From the NCBI GenBank assembly GCA_051294375.1, contig CM119263.1, forward strand, positions 11,447,130 to 11,511,129: a DNA stretch of 64,000 nt. Reading direction: 5' to 3'. How positions within the stretch are numbered: the first letter of the stretch is position 1; the number at the start of each line of letters is the position of its first letter. Made by a program: the position numbers and the translations under genes. The notes beneath the pieces are model-generated. The model made no database searches, was not told the origin of the DNA, and was given only the letters and a program-made list of their open reading frames with translations. The DNA is from Paraspadella gotoi (lineage: Eukaryota > Animalia > Chaetognatha). Shown here piece after piece: positions 52,997-64,000 of this stretch.

Positions 52997-55378
52997 TTCA
53001 CTTACGTCCTAAGAAAGTAAAGAATTTGACTTATGTCGAAAACGTTGAATTGTAGTCTTGCTGTTGTTAATCGTCTTCGTCGTCGTCGTCGTCGCCCCGG
53101 TTGCTCCGGCTGTCGTCTTTCTCTCCCATTGGCTCCTCGAGAATTTCGGCTGCAATTGAATCCACTTTTGGAAAAGGTGAGATCTTCTGTCGAATGTGTC
53201 CGTTCGTCGAAGAGGATGGAAAGCAGACAGATGGATGAGGAGAAAAGGTGGTGAGGCAACAACTCGCAACAAATAACTCTTTTTTTTTCGATTTCACTTT
53301 TTTTTTAAAAACTTTTTGTTCGTTTAGATGTACGAAGATGAGTAAAATAAAAAGTTTTCTTGTTCGTACCAAAGAGCTTAACGTTTAAAAATATTATGAA
53401 CTTATTTTATTACTTTTGAAACCATCTATTGACGACAAAGCGTCCGTGTCTTACGAAAGAAGCTAAGTTGAGAAAACTTTTAGTTTTATAAGTGAGTCCA
53501 ACTTTTTTTATTAGTAAGATTCAACTTTTGACTCGAGGGGATTTGAATGAAAAACAAAAACGATGAATTGAGTTCAATGTGTTATGATTTTCATTTTCGT
53601 GAATGAAACTCGATGAGACCCTTGATGACGACCCCCATTCATTTCCAGACAATCAAATCAAATCTGACTCTGTTTTTATTTTTGGGATAAATATGAGAAT
53701 CTCTCGAGGCATTGTGAACAGTTTTGAGCACTTCAATTAAAATAAAGAAATACAGTTTTCTTTTGCATTGTCTGAAATATTAAAACAAATTCCCTCGGCA
53801 GCGCTTGTAGTCAATTGTTTAAACTTTAAAAAATGGCGTATCTTGATATTTTCTAAATCTTCAATGACTTTTCTTCCGACTATTTAGTCTTAATCTCTAT
53901 AAAAAGGCCCAAATCATCTCCTCCGAATGTGACGTTGACAAACGAATTCTTCAAAAGTTTGGTATTCAGCGCTGATTCCCCGAAGAAACCATTAATTCAT
54001 TTTATCGCTCGACTCATCTTGAAACCCAACCCATTTCAATGGAAGTATTAATCAAAGAATAATTCTCTCAAGGCCCTTCATTTGCATTTCTCATACATTT
54101 TTTTTTTTGTTTTTAACAAACTCGGGTAGACTTTTTCTTTAAAAGCATCGCTTTAATATTTGTGACTCTTATTTCGGAAAAAAACAAATCCTAAAGATGA
54201 GGAGACAAAACGCAAGATAAACCAAATTTGAGCCCATCGTTTAATCTTGAGGGCATTGTTTAAGAGGACTCACTCCCTTTTTGACGTTGATAAATCGCCG
54301 CGAGTGGTAATCTTAATTTCGCCATTTCGGCGATGATTTTTCTAAGGGGTTAAAGTAGAGCGTAATATGTTAGCTCTATTTTTCATTCCATTTGGCATTA
54401 ATTCGAAAAGGTCTTGAATCATCGTCAAAAGGCCAAAGATGATGTTGCTGTGGTTGAGAAGGGTGTCAAAGTTTCTCTGACGTCAGCGACTTCCCCCGCC
54501 GGCTCGAGAGTGAGAGAGAGAGAGAGACGAACCGCTTTGCGTGACAGCGCTGATGGATGACGATTCCGCGTTCCAGCGCTTTCCCCCTTACGAGCGCAAT
54601 TTTTGACTCCTATTAAATTTCGCGATGGCACCCCTAACAAAAAGTCGGCAATTAAAGAATCATTAAGATTGTCGCATTAATATTCATTCCTTTCATTTGT
54701 ATAATTTTCTTTCGGAGGATTTCATCCTTAAGGGGAAAAAATAATCAGCGAGAAATAAGTTCGCAGTAGTTTTCCAAGAAATTAAGAAATTAAGAATTGA
54801 ATAAATACGGAGTCATAAATGACAATGCTGTTTTATATGGAATATAAATATTTTAAAATTTTTTTATCATTTAAACTTGTAAATGTATCTCTATCCTTAG
54901 GTCATAATCAAAATGTTTTATTTATGTTTACATTGAAACGATCTTTCTCATAAACTCACAAATTACAGCAGAAGATATTTTACATCTCTCCTTGCCTTTG
55001 TCTTTCCTTACATTGGTATGCATAAGGCAACGGCATGTCCCCCGGGGTCATTTGTTTCAGGCCATATCGCCCGAACCCTCGCGACGAAAAATCCTTTTCT
55101 TTTCTAATTAATTGGGGACAGACATGACCGCGATTTTTCAGCTTTCATTTTCTCATTAGAAATTTTTCCCTTTCTTTACATTCTCACTCCTTTTCTTTTC
55201 GCTTTCTCTCTGTGTCTCTCTCTCTCTCTCTCTCTCTGTCCCTTTCCTCTCCATCTCTCGACGCGTGCGGTAGTCACACACAAGCGCCATGGGGACTTGA
55301 AATGACGAGAACCCAAAATATTTTTTCATTAGATTTTTGAATTTAATGAGAAGCGAGAGAAACGAATCTTGAAGTTAA

Positions 55379-55509
<131 letters not shown>

Positions 55510-56319
55510 GAGGCGTGACTAAAAGGAAATCCCCGGCGTTCAAATTCGTCTTACAAGAGCGATGATGCTAAAAAGTGACCATTTTTTGCGCCAAGCCTCA
55601 ATGAGCAGAAAATGTACTATATCTGACCGGTAGGTGTAAAGTCAATTCTCTCAAGGAATATGCTATTAATCAAAGTTGATTTTGTAAACCTATCAAACCT
55701 CTTGAAAAATAATTACATATATATTATAAGACAGTTTAACTATTTGCATCAACAATTTATTATTAAAAGACGAACATGTCTTATAATCTACAAACACAGC
55801 AAAACAGAAAGGATTTACACATAATGTCTACATATATATTTAAAATAGACCAGTTTTAATTAAATTCTCCCGGATGGGATTTTAGTAATGACATTGATAC
55901 AACCAATAAAAAACTATAATGTTTTAGTCCGTCCAAGCGAAATCAGGACGAAGGCATCCAAATTCCCTTAGCTCATGAGCTATCCCCATTTCTCCCGAAG
56001 CCAAAAATTAAAAACGAGAAAAAATGATAGAAAATGCCAATAAATACAGAATTGGGTGTTTCCTTCTCCTCCTTCTTCGTCTCCTTCCTCCGGGAAAGGA
56101 AGAAAAAAAAAAAACTCGCGACCCTCCCTTATTTTTTAACTTCTTTCCTTTCTCTTTCCTTTTCCTTCGTTTCCTCCTTTTCCTCCCTTTCCTCCGCTGC
56201 TCCGCCGCGCCCGTCGTCCTCTCTGACGCCCCTGATTCGTTAATGCTAATTAGCATGCAAAGTCCTGCATCTTTTAATTGCGAATCTTGATGATTACTCG
56301 AGGAGCTGGGTTCTGGTGG

Positions 56320-56399
<80 letters not shown>

Positions 56400-56404
<5 letters not shown>

Positions 56405-56748
56405 GCGCGAGAGGACCGCACGCGCACCCGTGGGTCTTTTGGTGCCCGCGTTTCTTTCTCCAAACCGGAAGTGACGTCGGCCGAGGGAGAGCCGAGGGGA
56501 GCGGGAGAGAGGACGCGGAGGAGGGGGCGAGCTCAGAAATTGCAGATGGCGAAAAATGGCATTGGGTTGAACGAGAGAAAGAGAGAGAGAGAGAGGATGA
56601 GAAAGAGAGAGAGAGAGAGAGAGAGAGACATTTCTTACACATTTCTTATAAAGACCAAACTGTTTTTTAGTCTCTCCTCTTGTGGTTGACCCGACGAAAG
56701 CAATAACGAGCAAGCCAAATATAAAAAAAAACAAAATAATGATGATAC

Positions 56749-56841
<93 letters not shown>

Positions 56842-57400
56842 TTTAGTATTTCTAAAAACATCCGAATTTTTCTCTCTATCTCTGCCTCATTCTCCGTCTC
56901 TGCCTCCCAACCTCATTCTCTCTCTCCTTTTCGTCCGGGCTTCTTCGAGGTCACGCCCCTTTTCTCTCGAGGCTCCCGCCCACTGACTTCATGAGCCGTT
57001 CGTTCCTTCGCTCTCTCGCCTCGAAGCGGCGGCTTTCGGTTTCCTGATTGGCGAATCGCCGAAAATTCTCGCCACGCGCAGGGTGACGTCATTGGCCCGG
57101 GTTCTCTCTGTCTTTCGCCGAAAAACCCAGACGCTGGAGCGAAAGTTCATCTCCCGCCACCGATGGCGCGCGTGAGCGACGCCGAAATTTTTGGCAACAA
57201 CAACGACGACGTCGACGTCGATCGACGACGACGACGTAAAATCCGACGATGAGCTAGAGACGACGACGATGAAACGACGACGAAACGACGACGACGAAGA
57301 CGAAATCAGACGCAACGACGCCGAAAAAAAATTTTGGGGAAAATCTGTGCGTTTTTCGGGCGGAAGTTGGCCGCGGGTGGGCGTGGCGGAAGAGGAGGAA
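56400..57400. promoter_or_regulatory. CpG-rich promoter-like island
   Basis: CCGGAAGTGACGTC 56465-56478, AGATGGCG/AAAATGGC 56544-56560, inverted CCAAT 57047-57051, perfect CRE TGACGTCA 57084-57091 overlapping ATTGG, and GC-box-like GGGCGTGGC near 57379. Confidence 0.5.
56750..56840. repeat. (AAT)n microsatellite, ~30 units
   Basis: Direct reading. Confidence 0.98.
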
Positions 57401-58452
57401 AAATGAGGAAGAGGACGAGGAGAAAATGGAGGAGGATGAGAGGAAAATAAGGGAGGAAAAGGAGGAGGACGAAGGCGAGGCAAAGGAGAAAAAAATTTGC
57501 AAGTTTTATAAGGAATTGTGAAACAGAGAAATAAAGGTTAGAACAAAGGTTAAGTAAAAGTCCAAATTTGTTGTCATTGATTATGATTGATTGATATTAT
57601 AGACTCATTGAATCTCAAGGATTAATTTTTCTATGTACGTCTTTAATTTTAAATACATTTCGTGCATTAATCCCCTTTTTTATCATTTTTTATTGAATCG
57701 CCCCAGCGGACGAAAGCCTGAAAAACCTTTTGTTCCGATTTAAAAAAAAAAAAATCACGAAATTCATAAAACCAGGCGAAGTTTTTTTTTTTCTCATCCA
57801 CTGGCCCGACCCTGACCCGGCTAAATTTTTTTGTTGTCGTCTTCGTCGTCGTCTTTGCCGTCGTCGTCGTCGTCGTCGTCGTCGTGATCCTAGCATTCAT
57901 AAATGTCGTTTATTTCGTTGGCATCGCCATCCACGTTTTTTCTTTTACAATAAAAAGGTTTCTTTTCGAGTTAAATCCATCCAATTTTTTTTCATCCCGA
58001 CCTTATAACCCCTTCAAAAATTCTGTTCCCGCCGGCAGAATTTTGCGTCTTTTATTTTCTGTTTCCTTCCAAAAAAATTATTTTCAATCCCCCGCCTTTA
58101 CCTGCGGGCCTAAAATTAAAAGGAAAGAAAAAAAAATGGAAAGAAGAGAAAAAAGAAAGGGAGAGAAAAAAAATCAGTCGTCATTGATATCAAAACGGGA
58201 ATTAAAATTATGAATGATTTGGCCGAAGAATGGGAGAGAAAAGAGAGAGAGAGAAAGAAAAAAAAATTTAAATAAGAAAAAAGTTTTAAAATAAAAAAAA
58301 ATGAATGAAGAAAATGCGGAGGAAATCGTCGTCGCTTTGGAAAAAAAAAAGGGAAATCGCCGGAAGTGAAAAACAAAAGAAATCGGGGAAAAGGGAAGGA
58401 AAGAAAAAAGAAGAAAGAAGGACGGGGGAGAAAAAAAAAGAAAAGCATAAAA

Positions 58453-58586
<134 letters not shown>

Positions 58587-61299
58587 TAAATGGAAGAAGC
58601 TGAAAAACCAAAGACGAATGGGCAAGGGAACGACGACGATGATGACGATAACGACGACGATGACGACGACGGCCGCGACGATGGAGTCAATGGAGGAAGA
58701 ACCGCAGCGCAATGGTTTCAACGCCGTGGAGGAAGGGAGGCGGGGTAAAGAAGGAAAGGAAGAAAGAAAAGGAGAGAGGAAAAGAATGAAAACGAGGGTG
58801 AGGGAATAAATATAAAGTGAAAGGATAATTGGAGGTTAGAATAGGATAGAAACAAGATGATTTTATTATCTCTCAAGCGTCAGAGTACTAGTAGATTAAG
58901 TAAAAAACAAGACGATAGTAATTCTAATTATGTAATTAATATAAAAGCCAAGCTCAAGCGTTTTTTATGTATAATAATATAATAATAATAACGAAATTTT
59001 GTTTTTAAACTATCAATTTGAAAAAAAATTACTGCACTTAGTTGTAGAGGAATAAGTTGATTATTTCTTTGCATCAGATATGTTCGGTCTTAATGAGAAA
59101 GAAAATATTGATTAAAAATAACTCTTGAAGCGATATATATCACAACTCTCGGACATTTTTTAATGTAAAACGATACCAACATATATAATGACACTCATGT
59201 AAAGAATCGAAAAAGAATGCCACATTTATGTGAAAATTTTTTTCTGAATAGTCAAAATCGTTGTGAAAAAAAAATGTTAAAAATTAGAAAAATGAAAAGC
59301 GTGAGAATTTGGGTAATTCGAGAGTAGTGCATCCATTTTCTGAATGCGAGGTATAATAGCCATTCATCATTTCCTCGAAAGGTTTTCATTTAATTCTTTA
59401 ATGAACAGGGAGGGGAAGCGAAAGGTTGAAAGGAATGGTTTTCTTCTTTGCCAACAGGGTTTTATTAGCACATAATTTCAGTGGCTATTGAGATTCAATT
59501 CTTGACAATGCTCGAAAGAACGGTCTTTTACTTGGGAGTAGAAAGTAAAATAAGTACATTGTTATTGTGATTTTGTTATTGCTATTGTTATTCTAATTTT
59601 AGGCGGTGATATATATTTCAATAAGATTGTCTCGAAGACAGTATTAGACGCATACATGTCAAAATCGACAAATAGTTGGTCGAATGAAAGAAAATAGAGA
59701 AAAGTCCCTTTTTATTTAAAAATTAAAATAAAAACACTTAAAAAAAGTTAGTCTCTTACTTCTCACGATATCCACGATTCGTAATACAATGAATAGCATC
59801 GGAACAATGAAAGCCCAAAACATTTCGGAATCTCCAAAAAAAAGAATCTAAAAACTTTTCCTGCTCAAAAAAAAAAAAAAAAAATAGACGCATCATATCA
59901 TAAAAGGGAAAACATTTTTTCACACCGAATGAGAACAATGGAGTGAAGAGGGCCACGTTAAAAAAGAGGGGAGCAAAATGTATTGAAAACAAAAAATTAG
60001 ACAGCGAAATATATTGAAAAAAAAAAGAAAAGAAAGGCAGAGACGAATCTCCGAATTGCGATGGAATTTTCGTGGGTTATGAAAAAAATAGACAAAAACC
60101 CTCCCTCTTCATATTTCTTTATTGAGAAGGGTTTTTTCTTTTAATCTTCGTAAAGCGGAAGGAAGAGAGAGAGAGAGAGGGGAGAGAGAGAGAGAGGAGA
60201 GAGAGGGAAGAAACCTTTTTCGACATTCCCAGGGATCTTAGCCCTTTTGTACATTTTTTAGACCCCCTTTATTATATTTTTCGACCTTTTCGGCGATTTA
60301 TTTTTTTATTAATATCGCGGGTTGACGGTTTTACGCCCTCGACGATGACAACGACTTCTTCGTCGTCGTCGTCGTCGTCGTTGTCGTTGTCTTCGTACGG
60401 GATGAGGATATTTAAACTTCTTTCACCGGAAGACGTCGCATTTTTGGCGTCGAACCGCTTCTCGAATTTCGCATCACATTTTTAACGAATGTCAAAAGAC
60501 TAACTTTTCATCCACCTCCAGTTGTCGTGCCAATTTTTGGAATGGCCACTTTTTTTTCTTTTTTTTCATCAACAGAAATTCCGATAATTTCTACAGTTTC
60601 GTGGCATTCGGTGAGTTCCTGTGTATAAAATCGGTGGAAATCATTCAAAAAACAAGAGCTATGATGACTTTTGATGACTTTTTATAATGAACATAACAGA
60701 ATCCTGCTATCCTTTAATTAAAATTCTAACTCAGTATTTCTTTATCATATTTAATTTATTTATACAAATTATAAGGTTTTAAGAAAAGAAATTTAATAAC
60801 AATTGAAAGAGATTCGTGCTATTATAATTCATAATACATCACAATTTAGTGACACAAATGTTACAAATAATAGCAATTTGTAAAGAATAAATTATACTTC
60901 TTGAATAATATTAACACTTTTCTCTCTATTTTAGCATAATAGCTTCCTCACTTCTCTCATTCCTAATAAAACAGAAGTAGTTTTCGTTTTTGCCCTAATT
61001 CGATTTTTTTTTCATTATTTCTTTATTAAAGTGTCGGTTTCTGTTTAGTTCTATGTGAAGTTTATTTTTCTGTTTATTTTTTCTCTCTTTTATGATGAAA
61101 AAAAAACTTTTTAAAAGATTAAAAATTAATATTGTGTAGGCGTAAAACCCAGTTAAATATATAAGGATAGTAATGTAAAACAAAATTAAAATAAACATCA
61201 TAAACTGAACCTTTATCTGATTTCCAGTATCAATTAGTCGCTTAAACGTTCAAGCTTGCTTTTCTGCCCCCTCTATCACAATCGCCAGCCGTTGTCTCT

Positions 61300-61338
<39 letters not shown>

Positions 61339-61630
61339 TTGGCAACAGCGATCTAATTCTCCGAGGGACGCGGTGACCCGGCCTCGCCACCGTCATCGCC
61401 ACTTCCACGCCCCCAAGGGATGAAAAAAATTAGAAAAAAAAAAATTCCCTGCCCTTTTTTCAACGGTAACCATTTTCTGGCGGCAAGAGAGGGTTTTGCG
61501 AGACCAATTTTTTGGAGCAGCCTTTGTCAACAGATTTTTTTTTTTGTAATACTTTAAAATAAAAAAATAAGAAAACTCTTTATATTGTCAGAAAAAAATA
61601 AAATGACCTAGGTTTCAATGACCTACAATG

Positions 61631-62520
61631 TTAACCCTTCCGGTGGAGAAAGCTCTGATGACGAGACGATGACCGAGACGACGACGACGACGACGAAGTC
61701 GACATCGACGGAGATTTGACGAAAGTGACGCGAAATTCACGATAGGTTGACGACGTCGCACGCTGACTTGATTTGACATTTTCGTGACCCGGTGGAGAAC
61801 GTAAAGAAGGGTTTATCGAGAAATTCATGCTTCTATCTTTAGATTCTTGCCTCCACAGTTAAAAACCATGCCTTAACCATGCCTTAACCCTATTGTCTAA
61901 GTGGATATAACCGTTTAACCCCGTTGAACTAAGGGTATATTATTAGATTTTGGCTACAATTTTTTTTTTAAACTTTTACCACAATATTGAACGTTTATTT
62001 CAAATATGGCACTTATGATTTTCATATCAATACCGGTTTCGTTCTGAAATGTGATCATAGTTTTTTAAGTCGCTATTTTAATGGTCGATATTTAAAAGAA
62101 TATCACTTTTTCATAAAATTCAATAAACAATCATTCTAACATTCGAATAAAGCCAGGTTTATATGACCCGGAAGAATATTAACCCTTTCTACAAAAAGTT
62201 ATTCGCGTTAGACTTACGATGCTCTTACGACGATACAATTTGACCCAGCGATGACATCGAGACTCATTCGCAAAAAGGGTTTAAGTGGAAAGTTCGAAAT
62301 TTCACCCCACGTCGATCCGACGACGACGACGAAGGTGGAACGACGTTGACACAACGAAGCTCACGATCCGACAACGACATTTCACGACCTCATCGCTCGG
62401 CCTCATTCGTGACTTTTCGTGATCCGGTCGAACGAAAGGAAAAGGGTTTAACGATTTCCTTTTTTTTAATTTTGGCCTTCGTCCAACGAAACCATGCCCT
62501 CCGAATTAACCCCTAATCAT
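61631..62520. mobile_element. piggyBac-like MITE remnants or a diverged tandem unit
   Basis: TTAACCCTT (61631) … AAGGGTTTA (61815), and TTAACCCTTT (62179) … AAAGGGTTTAA (62284 and 62451). 61770-61890 resembles 62410-62520. Confidence 0.4.
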
Positions 62521-62794
62521 GTAGTACGTTTACGTTTACAAACTAATTTCGATTTAGCTAATATTTCGGTTATTTGGCGTTCAACGCTATACTACCGAAT
62601 AATTTGATGCGGTATTCGTGCTTTAAATTGCCGATGCATCATACAGATGCTAAATTCTAATGGCTCTGATGATTTATTCAGTGATATTTTTTTAAAATTT
62701 GATTAATTGCCCTAACTCTCATTGATATCAAGCCGTTACGGAAATTTTACGATATTATTTGTCTTAAATAGTTAGTCAATAAATCGATTAACTA

Positions 62795-63010
62795 TGGCAA
62801 CGGGAGGATAGCCTGTGATACCCTCGGGGCGCGGGGTATCTCACCAACTGGCGTAGGGGCTGCGGACCCTCAGTGACCGCCTCCTGTCACTGGCATGTTT
62901 ATACCGGCACCGTCACATTTAAGCCAGAACCGGGATACCCAGGGATTGAACCCGGGACGCACGGATGGAATGAGATGATTTAGCCTGCTCAGCCATTGAG
63001 ACGAGGCTGA
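62795..63010 (-). mobile_element. tRNA-derived SINE-like element with Pol III A and B boxes
   Basis: The minus strand has A-box TGGCTGAGCAGG (62984-62995) followed by B-box GGTTCAATCC (62943-62952), then GCCAGTGAC-n8-GTCACTGAGGGTC shared with other copies. It does not fold into a convincing full cloverleaf. Confidence 0.65.
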
Positions 63011-63709
63011 GGACGGACAGCAGTGAGGCAGCTTTAAGTCTTGCTGCCACATAACCCTTTTTCCAAATCACGCAATATATTTTCTGTTAGACTCGACGGA
63101 CTCACGATCTTATGAACATTCAAGGTAGAACCGAACGACGATGACGACGACAACGACGATGACGACGACAAGACGATGACGACGACAACGACACTGAATA
63201 CATCATGACCTAGCGCTGACCCGATAGAATAAAAAAAAAACACTGTATTTTGTTTTTTCACTTTCTCGCCCTATTGTTCACTCGAAATCGTTAATTTTTG
63301 TTGTTTAGTTTGCCTATTTAATGGGGAAAAAATGTTAGTATCAAGGGATTAAAACCTAAACGTCTACAATCGTTAATACTAATCTTAATACTAATCTTAA
63401 CGCCTTGAACTCTTATCATAACAGAAAAAATCATTTTATTTAAATCGAGATAGCTTATTAAAAATAATTGTTTTTATCTGAAGACGATTCCTAGGTAATG
63501 ACAGACTAAACTTGCTCTCTGTAACTCTTCCTCGGAAATTTTGAACTTATAAAAATAAACATTTTTTAAGCTCAAGACAGTGAATTTGAATGAGAAGACG
63601 AATAAACCGACGACTGAAACAATGACGAAAATGACGACGTAAACGACGATCAGATGACTAAGGCTTGAACGAAGCCCGTCACAATTAACTCAACTCGACA
63701 CGCAATAAA

Positions 63710-63940
63710 ACGGATCTCGAAAAGGGGTATAGTGAGTGTGGCGGTATATTCACACTGCCTCACCTCCAACCTCATTCAGCCAATCCTATTTGTTCAGATG
63801 GGGAACGCACCATCCCAAGTCTTAACGACTTCCCTCTGCGTTGGCAAAGCGAGACTGTCCTCTAACCGGCGCCAGTGACAATGAGTCGTCACTGAAGGGT
63901 CGGAAGTCACACAAAGCCAACCGGCTGTTGCAGTACTAGT
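63710..63940 (+). mobile_element. SINE-like family copy (body)
   Basis: gccagtgacaatgagtcgtcactgaagggtcgg matches the reverse complement of 62865-62895 and the 12950-13690 copies. Confidence 0.7.
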
Positions 63941-64000
63941 CAATAATTTCGTACTCTCATAAAATAAAATTTCGAGGTTAAGTTTTTATTATGTTATGCC

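Noticed and set aside
61650-61700. CTGATGA hammerhead core candidates (also ~12916, ~36728, ~62665)
   Set aside because: None has a stem II followed by GAAA with flanking stems I and III.
62930-63005. Possible tRNA gene
   Set aside because: A and B boxes are present but there is no convincing acceptor or anticodon stem, and it adjoins a repeated body; treated as a SINE head.

Overview
AT-rich eukaryotic genomic DNA, most likely from an invertebrate animal. It has short GT-AG introns and very abundant (GA)n, (GAC)n, (GAAA)n and (AAT)n microsatellites, and no prokaryotic features. The one confidently identified gene is a multi-exon, minus-strand glutaredoxin/cysteine-rich protein (GRXCR1 / Drosophila CG31559 family) at about 0.3-10.2 kb; its last Cys probably lies in an exon left of the window. 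A clean four-exon orphan gene for a single-pass membrane protein lies at 34.2-35.2 kb, and a few weaker exon candidates occur elsewhere. Much of 5-43 kb is duplicated: a direct copy (5.0-17.1 kb vs 19.2-30.1 kb), an inverted copy (30.1-31.6 vs 35.2-36.6 kb) and a tandem copy across a 25-N gap (39.2-41.0 vs 41.1-42.9 kb). The indel-rich differences, adjacency to gaps and forward/reverse mosaic sequence point to unpolished long-read gap filling or haplotype duplication rather than biology. Interspersed repeats include a tRNA-headed SINE-like family with a conserved hairpin, a ~230-bp TGGTACAACCAA family and TTAA-CCC...GGG-TTAA MITE-like units. I found no convincing novel biological system. The best leads are the orphan membrane protein with two possible C-termini, two frames broken only by TGA, an AGCGCT palindrome cluster and the SINE hairpin.
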